DNA of 64,000 nucleotides, taken from positions 3,416,151-3,480,150 of the forward strand of contig MU054001.1 of the NCBI GenBank assembly GCA_013239625.1. Reading direction: 5' to 3'. Position 1 is the stretch's first letter; the number at the start of each line of letters is the position of its first letter. The position numbers and the translations under genes were made by a program. This DNA comes from Lama guanicoe. Its lineage: Eukaryota. Under the pieces are notes generated by a model. It made no database searches. It was not told where the DNA came from and saw nothing but the letters and a program-made list of their open reading frames with translations. Below, piece by piece: positions 37,531-51,849 of the stretch.

Positions 37531-38479
37531 GGAAGGAACCAAGCATCCCCATTCTCCCTGACTCTCTTCATTCCCAGCTCTTTTTCTTTCTCTCCATCAT
37601 CTTTAGCTTTTCAGAGAACACAACTGTCACAGGGCTACAGGTTTACTTTTAAATATGCAGTTTTCCCACCCAGCTCCCTCTCTGACATTTTAACGACTTT
37701 TGCTGGCTTAGCCTTTCATGGGCAGGGCATACAAGAAAGAACATATTTTCTGTGCACAGTTTGAGATCCATGCATACTCCCTTGATTGTAATGCCATAGC
37801 AACATGCCCTTAACGTTTTATTTCTCTGAGCCCGGCCCTCATCTGGAAGGGTTCTGGGCCACATTTTCAAGCAATTTGGTGCCGATCATCGTGAGGCTCC
37901 TGAGTTTATGGAAGGAAGGCTAGGAACGCATGCTTGAGTTTATACTCAAATTACTATCCTAAATGACTCCACGGGGGGTTTCTTTTAGGGGTCACTGAGA
38001 GCCAGAGTGGAATGTTTTTCCTTCTTCACTTTATCCCAGGCCTTGGGGCACGAGGACTGTAAATGCAGGTAATGTGTTTTATAGCCAGATTCTCTGGGTT
38101 CATTTTTCCACCTCGCTCCCCACCCCCAATGATAGCTATGAAATTCCGCAGAGCTGGCAGAAGACTCACTTTGTTTCTCCAAAGGCTAAGAGATGAGGGG
38201 CTGAGCAACATAGCCCGATACACTTGGAGGCCATCACACTTCCTGTCTGTGGCTTGGCCAGACGTGTGTGATTGCCCTCAAGCCCAATAGAGAGGTCCAA
38301 ACTGAAAAAAAGCCATTCACAGGGAGTGAATTTCTCATCACTGGAGGCATTCAAGCAGTGGCCAGACAACTGCTTGACAAAAAGTATTATAATTGAAGAC
38401 TTATGCATCTAACAAGGAACTGAATATCCACTTTTAAGGGTCCTTATGAGACAGACTTTTTCTGAGACTAAGATATCCC

Positions 38480-38630
38480 TTCATTGTTTCAACAGATACT
38501 TATTCAGCATCTACTGTAGGGCTGGGAATGGCACCCAGAAGACACAGCAGTGAATGAGACAGACACGGGTCCTGGTCTTGGGACGTCTTCAGTCCAGTGA
38601 GAGTGACAAATCGTAAATAAGTAATTTACA
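38480..38630 (-). mobile_element. L2 3' end
   Basis: ttcaacagatacttattcagcatctactgt...gacacagcagtgaatgagacagaca. Confidence 0.75.
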
Positions 38631-39365
38631 ATGAGGTGATGAAAATAATTGTGGCTGTCAGGTATTGGACCAGAGTCCTTGTTGGCATTTTACATGGGTT
38701 ATCTCAACAATAGTTCCTGGTCTTAGGAGGCCAAACTCCACTTTACAAACTATGAAATACAGGCTCAAAGAGGTTGCATACATTGTCCAAGCTTACGCAG
38801 CTGTTACCTGCTGATGCTGGCGCAGCAGCCCAGACCTTGCAGTCCCCCGGGTCCATACACTTAACGAAACCTCTGGTTAAGATTCTTGCAAGACCAAGTT
38901 AGAACCCAGGTCCTCCATGCCCTGCCCCCACTCTCACCTCGAGAAAGGTAAACAGTACAGATCTACCCAGTCCCTCTCCCCTCACTAAACATACTGGTCC
39001 GTGGAGATTTTCAAATAAAAACCATCTTTCTGCCTTATGCAATTAAGTTTGCCAGCACCCCCCCCCCAAAATTAGAATAACACATCTTACTTAAGACTTG
39101 AAGCCTGATGTTTGCCAGAACTCCCCCTGTTGTTTTGAATGTGAAGAAATAGGAAAAGAAAGGAGAGAGTGGTAGTGAAGACCCTACTGTGTGCTTAGGG
39201 TTTGCAAAAGCCCTACTATGTGCTCAGTCCTGGAAAGGGATGAGGATTGGGTGGCTGGAATGTGGTGCACAAAGCAAAGAAAAGTCATGCTTTTCAAGTC
39301 CTGGATCTCACTGTGTGTCTTGGACAAGTCTCTCTGCCTCTCTGAGTCTTTCATTCCTCATCTGT

Positions 39366-39578
39366 AACAGTGCTGTCCAAAAGAGCTTTCTGTGAGGATG
39401 GAAATGTTCTCTGTCTGCAGTGTCCAGTACAGTGGGCTTTTGAGACCCATGGCTTTTGAGCTCTTGAACTATGGTCAGTGTGACTGAGGAATGAATTTTT
39501 CATTTTATGTGACTTTAACTACCTTATATTTGAATAGCCATGTGTGGCTAGTGGCTACCATATTGGGCAGCAAAGGCC
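39366..39578. mobile_element. MER3 (hAT-Charlie)
   Basis: cagtgctgtccaa...gatggaaatgttct...tagccatgtgtggctagtggctaccatattgggcagca. Confidence 0.85.
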
Positions 39579-39689
39579 TAGAAAGTTGGGAGTTAAGAGG
39601 CTTCATCTATTCCAAATAATATACAAAAAGAGAATCTCAGAAGTGTGTATTCTGCTTCTGTGACTGATTTCTCTTTTTTTTTTTAAAGG

Positions 39690-39950
39690 CAATGGTGAAA
39701 TGCTTGGGCTCTACAGACAAGGGACCACATCTCAGCTTGAATGGATTTATTGTGAAGCCCCAGACAAGTCCCTTAGCCTCTCAGTGTCTCAGTTTCCTCA
39801 TCTGCAAGATGGGATAATAGTAGAACCTAGCTCACAGGGTGGTCATGAGAACTTGGGAAGGTAATAAACGGGGCTCTCTCAGAACGAAGTGTAAACCTTG
39901 GTAAATGCTCAACAAATGGCCTCTTTATTAAAATTTACACTATTATTATT
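39690..39950 (+). mobile_element. MIR SINE, near full length
   Basis: ctcagtttcctcatctgcaagatgggataatagtagaacctagctcacagggt...gtaaatgctcaacaaatg. Confidence 0.85.
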
Positions 39951-40365
39951 ATTATGAATGGGACTCAGCATTACTCAGACTTTGGGAATCATGTCTTGTC
40001 TCCCCAAGCAACTCACTCTTCATCAGAGAGGCATCAGGAACCCCCAACAGCCATCTTCTTGATCTCAGTCCAAAGTCTAAGGGCACCCTCTGTGCACAAA
40101 GTATCACATTTTCACAAGTACAGATAATCTCCTCCTTCCCAGCACCTGAGAAGCCACGAGAGTTTCCTATCTTTATAGCATCAGCACCTTGGAGAACTTT
40201 GCCAAAGGGCTTAAGATTGTTCTTGAATTTCTAGATTACATGCTATGTGCAAATCAGCAAGATAATAATTAAAATGAGACTTTCAGATATTTTTATCTGT
40301 AAGAGTTTTCTTTTTTTTTTTTTTTAAGATTGCTAACAAAATTCAGATGGACAAAAACACAGCAC

Positions 40366-40752
40366 TTTTTTTTTTCTTTACTTGTTTTTAAGTGAAGTAT
40401 AGTCAGTTTACAATGCTGTATCAATTTCTGGTGTACAGCACAATGCTTCAGTCATACATGAACATACATATATTCGTTTTCATGTTCTTTTTCACCTTAA
40501 GCTGCTACAAGATATCAAATATAGTTCCCTGTGCTATACAGTATAAGATTGTTTATCTATTTTATATATACCAGTCAGTATCTGCAAATCTCGAACTCCC
40601 AATTTATCCCTTTCCACCCCTTCCCTCCTAGTAACCATAAGTTTGTTTTCTATGTCTGTGAGTCTGTTTCTGTTTTATAAGTAATTTCTTTTGTTTGTTT
40701 TTTTTTAGACTCCACTTATGAGTGATATCATATGGCATTTTTCTCTTTACTT
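40366..40752 (-). mobile_element. Camelid/artiodactyl L1 3' end
   Basis: tgaagtatagtcagtttacaatg...gttccctgtgctatacagta...gtaaccataagtttgttttctatgtctgtgagtctg. Confidence 0.9.
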
Positions 40753-40959
40753 ATTTTTAATGCATTTTAGAAAGAAAAAAAATTCTTCCAGTAGGGAAAT
40801 CTGGTCTTAAATTGCTTTGGATTTAACTCAGTGCAATGGTTACTATGGGATTTCTGGGGATGGGCAACTCCCTGCAGAGTGCCACTGATGTCACCAACTC
40901 ATTGTGAGCCAAGCAGGTCTCAGGAGTGAGTGACCTGGGCTGCACAGGCATTAGGGTGA

Positions 40960-41200
40960 GCTGGAGAGCCCACCTCCCATCCTAAATGCTCTATGCCTCC
41001 AGTCGATGTTTCCATGTGAAAATGAGGGCATTTCTTGACAGATCTTCAACTTTTTCAAGAAAGACCATAAATCTGAGTTTTTAAGGAAAACATTCCAACA
41101 TCTGCGTTTAAAGTGTTGGCAAAAACAAAAACAAAAATACTTAGTGGGCCAGACAAAACAAAGAAGATGTGTAGGATGAACTGTCCTCATCCTTGCCCCT
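40960..41200. mobile_element. Ancient hAT-like MER relic
   Basis: tttttcaagaaagaccataaatctgagttttt...tgttggcaa...gtgggccagacaaaaca; exact family uncertain. Confidence 0.45.
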
Positions 41201-41669
41201 ACAACACGCCAACACCAGGTGAAGATGGTTGAACCAAGAGTCTGATTCTGGGACAGACCTTGGAAGGTGATTTTTAAAAGAAATCCAGACATCAGGCCAG
41301 TTCTTTTCATCTGAGTCTTTCTGCTAAAACCCAACACAATGACTTTTGGCCCAAAACAGTAAAGTCTAGCTTGGACTAAAAACCAACAGCAAACAAGATT
41401 CTTGCTGATTTCAGGGAGCTGGCATTCCTAGGTTGGGAGCTGACTTTTAGAGCCTTGTATTGCACTCCACTGACTTCCAGGTAACTGAACCCCAAAATTT
41501 CTGGATTATCTTGAATTCCTGGGCAGCGAAGCAATGAGGAGGTAGATTCCCATTGCTGAGTCATAGAATCACTTTCCCAGAATTGTAAGGAAACAAACCT
41601 CCGAGGTGATATCTAATTCCCAACCTAAACCATCCTGGAAATGGTGAAAGTTGGACCCCCCTTTCATTC

Positions 41670-41910
41670 CCTATCATCACAGCCTGTCTATATATAACCT
41701 TCCTAGCATGGATCAAAATCTGTGATTTTTTAAAAAATATTTTGGTTTCCTTATTTACAGTCTATCTCTTCCACCTGACTAAAATGGAAACCCCATGAGA
41801 GTAAGTACTCTACCTATTTTATTCATGCTATTTCTCCAGCTCTTACAACAGAGCCTGGAACAGTAAGGTTCGAAATACACATTGCTGAATAAGACATTAA
41901 TGAATGATCA
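41670..41910 (+). mobile_element. L2 3' end
   Basis: ccccatgagagtaag...ttattcatgctatttctccagc...acagagcctggaacagtaag...attgctgaat. Confidence 0.7.
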
Positions 41911-43509
41911 CCGAGGTCATATCTTAGTGTCTCTAGGAGCAGGGAGCTTATGACTTCCCAAAGCATTCCATTATTTCTTTGGACACTCGCCAGAAGAAAG
42001 CTCTTCTAAAACAGTTCTGTACCCACGTGACCTCTGTTAGCCCCAGTTTTATCTCATGGGGCCACACAAAGCAAGATTACATTCTTTTCAACTCACAGGC
42101 TCCTGAGTAGAAAGACCAGTATCACATCGCTTTGAGTCTTGGTTTTGTTTTGTTTGTTTGTTTTTAATTCAGGCAAAACATATTCATTCCTTCACTGAAT
42201 CTCTTAAAAAGGGAGAACAATGGTTGGAGGTAGGAGAGAGGTGGGAAGAGAATAAGAGGGTCGTTAAACAGGATGTCCCGTACACAATGCATGGTTGACA
42301 GTCTCACCAGCACTCTTACTTTCAACATGTATTTTAAAGCCAGATCATCCAGTTTCTTTTAAAGGTGCCCTTCTCAGTCACATCTGGATACACATATTGA
42401 GAAAATAAGCCAGTGTCTTTGGACCCAATCACATTTCCATTGAATGAAATAGAAGGAGCCCTTGGTTATGTTATGAGAGAATATCTTGGGCCCTTCCAGC
42501 CTTGAGATTCTAGGACTCCATAAAGAACACCAAGTATTGTTGCACAGTATGTGTATGTGTGGACATGTGTGTGAGTTTGACTGTACAGATGGTCTTTTCT
42601 CCCAAACACATGACTCTGAGAATGCCCTTCTTCCCAGGGGTCCAAAGTCAGTGTCCAGAGCAAGGAAGCGATGGGCCCAGGAATGGTGATGCTGACCTTG
42701 AACAACCCACATCCCTTTGGTTTCCTGCAGAAAATTAATTTTTATGGAAAACGGAACTATGCCTCTCTTGCTCCCGAAGCTTCCTGCTCAACTGACCAAG
42801 CCTGTTAGTTATCTGGCAGAGGCTCAGTGGGAAACAGATCAGGAGGCTGAGTCAAGACCCTCCTGAGGCCGAAACACAAAGCTGCATGCCTCGCTGGAAC
42901 TCACATGCTACACACCAAGACTTTGCATTGGTAAGGTCCAGTGTCTTTTGAGGGACAACTTTCAAACCACCAGAAAGCCAGAGAAGAAGTAGAGAGGGCA
43001 TGGTGTGTGATCAGCTGATCCTCATCATGAAGTAGAATCAAAACAACAGTGTATGCAATTGGAGAGTGTATATGCCTAAACATTAGGCAAGCTTATTTTC
43101 CCCCAAAATTATTTCTTGAATAAGAGGGAGTTGGATTATATTTAAATCTACTTGAAGTCTCTCATGTTATAAAAGCCTCTTTCAAATACTTCATTTTGAA
43201 CAAACAGTACTATTTCAGGAAAATAAGTAAGCCTGAAATAACCTCAGCCAGCTGGTTCGGGATGCTAAGAGGGGTCACCTGACAGAATCAATAAAGAAAG
43301 AGGGCAAAATTATTTAAAACAGATTTAGTCATTCTCCCTGGGAGTATGACTTTACAAGAGCAAGTTTTGAATGTTGTTGTACACAAGCCTTTAAATAATT
43401 GATTCAAAAGGCAATATAGTATGTTATTAGTAATGAAGATCATGAACAGAACTTGTGCATTGGGATAAAATTTCCAATGAGAGCATCGTTCAAAAGTTCA
43501 AAAAGTCCA

Positions 43510-44575
43510 GTATCTGAACACAAAGAAGGACATTCTGTAATGGTATGTGTCAATTCAACAAGATGTACCAACTATAAATACATATGCACCTAAGAATAAA
43601 GCCCCAAAATTTATGAAGCAGAAATTGACAGAATTGAAGGGAAAATAGACAATTCTACTGTAATAGCTGAGAACTTAAATACTCATTTTATCTAAAGGAT
43701 AAACAATTAGAAGATAAACAACAAGATAGAAGACTTGAACAGAACCATAAACTATTAAACCTTGTAGACATCTATAGACTACTTCACCAAAGACAGCAGA
43801 ATATACATTCTTTTCAAGTGCACATGGAACATTCTCCAGGGTAGGCCACACGTTAGGCATAAAACAAATCTCAGTAAATTTAAAAGAACCAAAATCATAC
43901 AAAGTATATTCTCTAACCATGATGAAATAAAGTTAGAAATCAGCAAGAAAAAGACATTTGAAAAATTTATAAATATGTGGAAATTAAATGTCACTCTCCT
44001 AACCGAAAAAAGGATCAGCAAACAAATCCAAGGGAAATTAGAAAATATTTTTGATGTGAATGAAAATGAAAACACAACATACCAAATTATGAGTTGCAGC
44101 TAAAGCAGTGCTTGGAGGGAAATTTATAGCTATAAATGTTTATATTACAAAAGAAGAAACATCTCAAGTCAATAATCTAAACTTCCATTTGAGAAACCAG
44201 AAAAAGGAAAGCAAATTAAAACCACAGCAAGCAGAAAGAAGGAAGTAATAAATATTAGAGTGGAAATAAATCAAATAGAGAATAGAAAAATAATAGAGGA
44301 AATCAATGAAATCAAAGATTGGGTCTTTGTAAAGATCAACAAAATTAACAAACCTTTAGCTGGAATTACCAAGAAAAAAAGAGAGAAGACTTGAATTACC
44401 AAAACGAGGAATGGAACATGGGACATGACTATTTACCTTTCAGAAAAAGTACAGTATCCATGCTTTTGTTGATACTGACAAGCTGATTCTAAAATAGGAA
44501 GTCTATAGGAAGACTCAAAGGAACTTAAGTAGCCAAAATAATTTTGAAGAAGAAGAGCCAAGTTGAGGGACTTAA
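43510..44575 (+). mobile_element. Old L1 ORF2 fragment (endonuclease region) with internal deletion
   Basis: atatgcacctaa...gcagaatatacattcttttcaagtgcacatggaacattctccagg encodes the EYTFFSSAHGTFS-like EN motif; many frameshifts. Confidence 0.9.
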
Positions 44576-47500
44576 CCTCCTTGTGCTCCAAGACTCAGCA
44601 CAGGTGTTAGATTTCCTGTGCAGCCATCTTTGATTCCCTCCAGTCAGATTCCAGCACATCTCCTCCTCCATAAACCCCCAGCAGAGCACTCATTGCACCA
44701 TACTGTCTGACCTTCTTCTTGAAGATAAATATGGGACTTTTCCTTCTTGTACCCACAGAACCCAGCAGGGTGCCCAAAACAGAAAAGATGGTTAATAAAT
44801 GTTATTTTAAAAGGATAGGTGAATGGATGATGGATGGATGGGTGGGTGGATGATGATTTTAGAATCCTTTACCTGTGTACAAATGGATGAGGCAGTGTGG
44901 TTTCTCTTAGATCATGACCACAGAAGAAACACGAAGCTGGGAAACCAGTGGACCTCCAGTTCTGCCACAAACCCCTACTTGACTTTAGTCAGGTCGCTTT
45001 GTCTTTCTGATCCTCAGTTCCATCTGGAAAATGTGTGAGTTTTACTAGATGATCTTTAAATGTCATCCAGATTTAGGCTCTGTTATCCTGGGACAAAGCA
45101 ATTTCCTCCATCCATGTCCAGCACATTTAGCATTTGATGGGGTTGGCCTTTTAAAAGCCAAATCTAGTGGACATAGTCATTAAGTCTCTCAAAGTGGCCA
45201 AGCCAGCTGAGTCCCTAAACACAATACTCTTTCTCTCTCAAAACCTTTTATGCAACTTAAACTCAGTACCATTTGAGCTCCTTTGTAGAGAAGGTACGTG
45301 GCACTCAATCAACATTCACAGCAGGTTTGGGGCATGAATAATTTGTCAGCCACAACAACGTCACCCTATAAACTGACCCTAAATTCCATTTTCTGTTACT
45401 GATGGGAAAGGACATGTGATGGGAATTTATGGGGTGCCTCAGATCTGACAGACAGTCATGCGGGTAAAAGAAAAAAGCAAAGGAGGTCTCCTTTGGTATT
45501 TAAAATCATGGATCCCCCTCTAAAACCTGAAAGTTGTTTCTGAATGTATCAGAGCAAAGAAAAAAAGAAATAGCTCAGTAATTTTCCTGCCTCTCAATTT
45601 TAAAGACATTCTAACTCAAAACTGTATTATTTCTCAGAGATTTTCTTAACATAGAAAAAATTGGCTTGGTCTCATTTCAGAATTTTAGCTCCATTTTTTT
45701 TTTTAATATGTTGACTAAGACACCCACTCAATTTCTCATTCTGATGCCAACCACAGGAGATTTGACCACGATTTAATTTTTAACATCATTGCCTGGGCCA
45801 GCATGGTGGTTTAAATCTAATATTTGGACACAGACTCTTGAAATTACTCAACTATCCCTTCCTTGTAGCAACATTAGTTAATTTTGTATTAGAACATTTT
45901 CCTGGGGTGCTGGGGACCACAGAAGCTCCTCATCTTCTCATCTTAAGAAAAAAAAATATAACCCTTGTTAGCAAAAGAAAAAAGTCATCCTTTAGAGTAA
46001 GGACATTGGCCATTTTTCCATTGGTTTCCTAGAACTCATTGTTCTTATTCTAGAACTATTATAGCTTAAAACATCTAGAGCTAGAATCTTCTTAAAAAAC
46101 ACTATTTTATAGTAATGATGCAAATCATTTTCTTTCAGTCACTATGAGAAATTCTTAAATATCACTAAAAACAAAATCTAAAAGTTTCAGGCAAAAATAT
46201 AAGTTTGGTTTGCCATTTCCCTAATTTGATTTTTCAAATTATGTTAAAAACAAAACAAACAACAACAACAACAAAAAAGATTTATTTCTCTGCTTTTTAA
46301 GGTTGCTCACCAAAAGGCTATTAGAAATCAATGGAAAAGCATTTAGTGATGAATTCACACCTTGCATTAAAGAATGCCTCTGTATGTGTGAGGTTGGCAA
46401 CCTTGGGATATATTTTCAGAATTTCACCTGCCAGTAAATGTGTCGTGCCAGGGGCCTGAGGATTTAACTGGTGAGAATAAAGTTCCCCAGTGGACACACA
46501 AGCACTCCCACTGACCAAGTATACATGCCTGTGTTCAAACTAAGGGAGGGGAATTTGACCTGATGCTTCCCAGCCTTAAGCCTGCAGGCTGTTGGATGGG
46601 ACTGGGTCTTGGTTCTCTTCATCCAGTCAAGATGTCAGCCTCCAGGGAAGCTCCTGTAGATGAACACTCCCAGAATGTCCGCCACTAGCTTTTATGACCC
46701 TGGGTGAGTTGCAGCCATTCCCTCACTCCCTAGGATAACTTCCAAAACCAGCAGGCACATCTGGCCCAGTTTCCTTTGCAGTCACTGTCCCTGCCCCTGG
46801 ACCTGGTGCACGGGAGATTCTGTGCACACTTCCCAGGGGTGTTGCCTCTGTCTCTCCCAGGCCTACGGGGCTCTTGAAGCTAAGCCCCACTGGCTTTCAT
46901 AGAAAGCACTTAACACAAGACCTGGGACAGCTAATGAGCAGTTTTGAAAGTTGACAAACATTATTGTTATTCTTTTCACAGGCAAGTTAAAGAGGTCAGG
47001 TCCTATTCAAGTGCTGGGAAAGACACAGAGGAAGGAGATAAGGCAGGAAACTGATGTTCACCAAGGATAATATAATAGTAATAATAATAATAGTTAAGGG
47101 CTACCTGCTCTTTACCAACCTTGATGCTTAAAGAGCTTTTAGAGAAACATTGCTATCAGTTCCTAACAGTAAGGCCCTCTTTCCAATCCCTCCAAAGTGG
47201 CCCTCCCGTAGTTACGATAACCGGGGGTCAAACCAAGCTCTATCCATGCTGAAGACAGAGGTCAGAAGCCAGGGATGGACTTTAGTAAAACTGTAACACT
47301 GAGCTTGGCATATGATCCCTGCTTCCCTGTTTCGTCACCATGACTGGACCCCAGACACTTCTCCTAAACCACCCTTGAGCCTTGCCCTTCCTCCCAGGAA
47401 GGGACTGGTAAACTCAGTCCCAGTTGCTGAAAATGATACATGAACTCTAGAAAGTTTACTCCCCTGCCCACTACCACTTGGAAATTTGCACATTTTCTGA

Positions 47501-48897
47501 GATCTAGGAGCCTCAAGCCAAGGAGATTATCTCTGACTGAAGAACTGGAGATACCCATGGGTCAGACAAGAAGGTGCTTTGAGGGAGGCAGGAGTCCCCC
47601 ACCCCATGGTCAACACTAGCCCACTCACAGGAAGTGAGCACCTGCTTGCCCTCAGGGTACAGAACTTCACAGTTTAGGAAGCCTTCTCACCTCATCTTCT
47701 CATCCATGTCTCTCAGCAGTTTTGTGATGCGGACAAGGAAGATGAAGCCAGTGGTTAGAGTCAGAAGAGTCCTTGAAGACCATGGAGTTCAGAATTCCCA
47801 AAGCCCCAGGTGTATAGAATCCATGTGCTGACTTGAGCTGCTGCAAGGATCAGCATGCTCTCACAAGACTCACTTTCAGTCCTCATCCCACCCTTCTGAG
47901 CATCTGTAGGGGGAGAAAATTCTCTATGTGCCCTATTGTATCTCTAACACTGACCCAGCTCCCTTTTTAAGACCAACAAGTGGACCTATATATAGCTCAG
48001 AATCCTTAGTAGGCAATAGAGGTTAGCTGGAATTTAATAACTGCTTTTCTGTTTTGTTGGCATTATATATTTTTTCTTGTATTAATTTCGTGTGACAACT
48101 GGCTCTCTATCTGTGAAAGTAAATAAAGGTCCCTTGTCAGAAAACATTTTGTTGAGTAAATGCAGTGAGTCAATGAAAAGGAAAATATTAAATAAATGAG
48201 TACACGTTCACAGACATGACCGAAAATTAGAAAGATGACATCCACACAGGATTGGATTCTGAAAACCTTCACCAACACAACCCATCACCCTACCAATAAA
48301 GGGCCAAGGCCAAGTCCAAGGTCACTTGGTTGCTGGTAGGAGAATTCATCTAGGGTTCTTCCTGTCTAGGCAGCCAACTCTAAGACACAAGCAACTGAGG
48401 GAATACGGTGCCTGGTCCCGGTGGGCAAAATGAAGCCTGAGTGATGGAGCAGGTGAGGCCAAAGGAAAAGGCCTTGGAGAGTCTGAAATCTGATCAACAG
48501 TGAACCCGTGGTAGGAATCTGTCTGCAGGATTAACTCTACTTCAGGAAGCAAAGTTCAGGGAAGGGACACAGCTAAACCCTAGAGTTCATGACCCTTCTC
48601 TTCTGCAGAGAATCCATCTGTGGCTAAAGTAGAAACATCTCATGGCCAGTCTCTCTGGCACCAGTTGTTGGACTTTAGGAAATAACATATGAATGTGTGA
48701 ACTTAAAGGGGCAGGGTGGGGCATCACTGTGTACCAGCAGAGATTCTTACCAGAATGAACAGGTACCAGACTGCAATGGACCAACTTGCAGCAGTGACTC
48801 TGTGCAGTAGGTATAACCAATAACAGGATGATACTGATCAACTCATCAAGTCGTTCTTCGCATGGTGTTCGGACTTGAACCAGTTTCCTTGGGTTAG

Positions 48898-49108
48898 AGC
48901 ATGATTTTTCAACTTTGCTTTATGGACTTTTGGAGGAGGATGCCACATGCATCGTAAGATGTGTAAATGCATCTCTAGCTGCTACTCACTAGAGGCCAGT
49001 AACTATTCCTCCCCTCCCCTTGCCCAGTAATGACCAAAAAGGTCTGCAGACATTGCCAAATGTCCTCCTGGAGTGAGGGGAAAGTACCCCAGGTTGAGAA
49101 CCACTGGT
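48898..49108. mobile_element. MER20 (hAT-Charlie)
   Basis: ctactcactagaggccagta...ctgcagacattgccaaatgtcctcctgg...ggttgagaaccactg. Confidence 0.85.
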
Positions 49109-50499
49109 CTAAAATAATCCCAAGAGGTTCTTGAATAATTTAAAGAGAGTATAAAAGAATTCTCAAGGGAGAAATGTTGTAATCAGGGTTCTAGGGAATG
49201 CAGGAGCTCAAGAAATATATTAGGAAAACAAGAGTTTATACAACAGGACTTTCTAGATTGATTTATTTGTTTCCTCTGTTGCATGTCAAATCTTCCATGA
49301 GCTTTTAAAGATTACCATGAATGCGTATATGCTCATTTCAAGTTTGGAAAGAAAAATGGGAGGGAAGAAAAAAGGCATACGTGTTTAATTAAAGTCCTCT
49401 CTTACACAAAATAGCACAAAACCAAGACTATGGTAGACATCATGGCTTCTTTTGCCTTCGTCAGCTCAGTATTCCTTCCCTCTTCCTTCTGGGTATAATG
49501 TCCACCTTCGGGAGGGGCGGGAAGCAGTGACAGCTTGATACTCAGTTACCACTCAGTCGTGGCCACAGGATAAGAACAGAAGCTAACCAAGACCAATCAA
49601 AGACTTTCTTAGGAGTTTGATTCTTGAGTAGAGGTGCACAGGGGGAGGTATTTGGAGTTTGGCCGTATGACGGTTACCCTCAAGAAAGATAGGTCATGGC
49701 TGAGATCACCAGAGATGCTCCGGGTCTAGCCAGTAGTCCTCCCCCATTTCTGTTTCTTGCCTAAGTTCATGGAGTCCAGTCCCTAGTTTCTCAAATTGAA
49801 GAACATCATAACAAGAGTCTTTAAAACTCAAAGTGACACAAATTGGATCAGCTTCGTATAATAGGGGCTTTCTGAAATTAAATTCTATTCAACCAATTAG
49901 AATTATGTTAAAATCAACAACAGATACAGTGGAGGTAAACTTAGTAAATTGCAAGCAAACTTGGGGTGGGAGGAAGGTAGTTTACAAGAGGGAAAATGAA
50001 ATCGATGTAGTCAGCGGTAGTACGCATTCTACATGAAGAACCACTAGCATATTATTCTCCCTGGGTTGGACATGTGGGGTGTCGTGTGGTTCTTGTACTG
50101 GGGAGTGAAGTATGTAAGTACATACAGAATTGTTGCATCATAGAACTGGCTTTGCTCAAAGGCAGCTAATCAAGCTTAGCAGAGATACAGAAGGAGAGCG
50201 AAAAAGAAAAATCTAAATACGATAAGGAGTGTGCAAGGATTCATGAATGAGCTAGCCCTTCTGTCAGACTCAGTTTCTTCTTGTCTCTCACAGTATGAGC
50301 ATCTTGCTCCAGTGAGTGTGACTTTATGTTTTGCACACACAGCCCCTAATCAACATCCTCTAATGCTCAGCTGACAGGGTTGGCTGTCTTCTTGCCCTGA
50401 AGGAAAGTCTACCAGGACTGGACTTACTGAGAAGATGATAAAGAGTAATTGAAATGTTTTGGTTCGAGATCACTTGTAATTTTTGTTTTGCTTTGTTTT

Positions 50500-50940
50500 C
50501 ACATTTGACAGTCAGAATCCTCATCAATTACTTCTCCGTCCTGGTGGAATGGCCCCAGGTGGCATGTGCCCACATCCCCAGCATCATTCAGCTTTGCAAG
50601 CTGAGTGCTTCTTGAGAGAAAGACCTGATTCTCTGCCCAAGGGCTCTTTTTCTGGCCTTGGGAGCGAGGAGTGGTGGGCCGTGAATTCCTCTGGAAGCAG
50701 CCCTCAACTAGTAGCAGACAAGGAGTCGGTGTATAAACACAGCACCCTGGCTTTCCAGAAGGTTTAACTGCAATGACTGTTCTGCTCTGACTTCCCAAGT
50801 TCTCAGTGGCAGAGTCCCACTTACCCACACCAATCACCCCCACCTCCCTTTATTTGACTGTTTTTCTGTCTCACTCATAAATCACTTGCTCTCAAACTCT
50901 TATCTTAGGATCTACTTCTAGGGGAACGCAAACCAAGACT
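50500..50940 (+). mobile_element. LTR16-like ERVL LTR
   Basis: ataaatcacttgctctcaaactcttatcttaggatctacttctaggggaacgcaaaccaagac resembles the LTR16 3' end. Confidence 0.7.
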
Positions 50941-51291
50941 CCTGTCATCTTCAACAGCTAATATCCTCACCTCAATCCTATGCTCCAAAAAAGGCCACTT
51001 AGTGATTTTCAAAAGTCAAAATCCAGCACTGTCCACCAAGCCATTTTCTCAGATAGGAATTATAGATATATTTACAGCTATAAATGTACTTTTCAAGGGC
51101 CTGCAAAGTGCTTGAGACTCAAAACAAAAGACACAGGTTCAAAAATATCAAAAGAAATCTGCCAGTGTTACATCTGTGTAATATATATTTGATTAAATGG
51201 CCACAAAATGTGGTATGAGGTCAACTAGTCAACCCCAGCTCAGAGATTCTGCAGCTGTATATGAATTATAACTCATGTGAGGCGGGGGGAC

Positions 51292-51496
51292 TTTTTTAAA
51301 TTGAAGTATAGTTGGTTTACAATGCTGTGTTAATTTCTGAGGCACAGCATAGTGATTCTTTTATATATATGTGTGTGGGGTGTGTGTGTGTATATATATA
51401 TATGTATACAATATATATACATATATATATTCCTTTTTGTATTATTTTCATTATAGGCTATTACAAAGTATTGAATGTAGTTCCCTGTGCTATGCA
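51292..51496 (-). mobile_element. Artiodactyl L1 3' tip
   Basis: ttgaagtatagttggtttacaatgctgtg...ttataggctattacaaagtattgaatgtagttccctgtgctat. Confidence 0.88.
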
Positions 51497-51849
51497 GGAG
51501 GGTATTTTTAAAAGCTTGTAAGAGATAGGGCAGAGTGTGAAAGTCATGCTAATGGGTTACAAATGTTATAAAAACAGTCCTGGGGGTTGAGACTGGAATC
51601 CGTGTGTCCAAGACGACGCTTGGACTCTTCAAAACAGAGGAAAAAATGTCTCCCCTGCTCACCCTGCCTCCCCCAGAGTTATAGATCACTATCTGTAGAC
51701 AGAAATCTTTTCTGGGGAGAAGATGTCACCAGTGTTTCGAATCTAATATTTGCCCCGGCTTTGTTCTGCCTTCGCAGGAATCCATCGTCTGCAGCAGGTC
51801 TAAGGAAGTCACAATCTCGCCAGCTGGATTCTGACACCTCGGGGCCCCT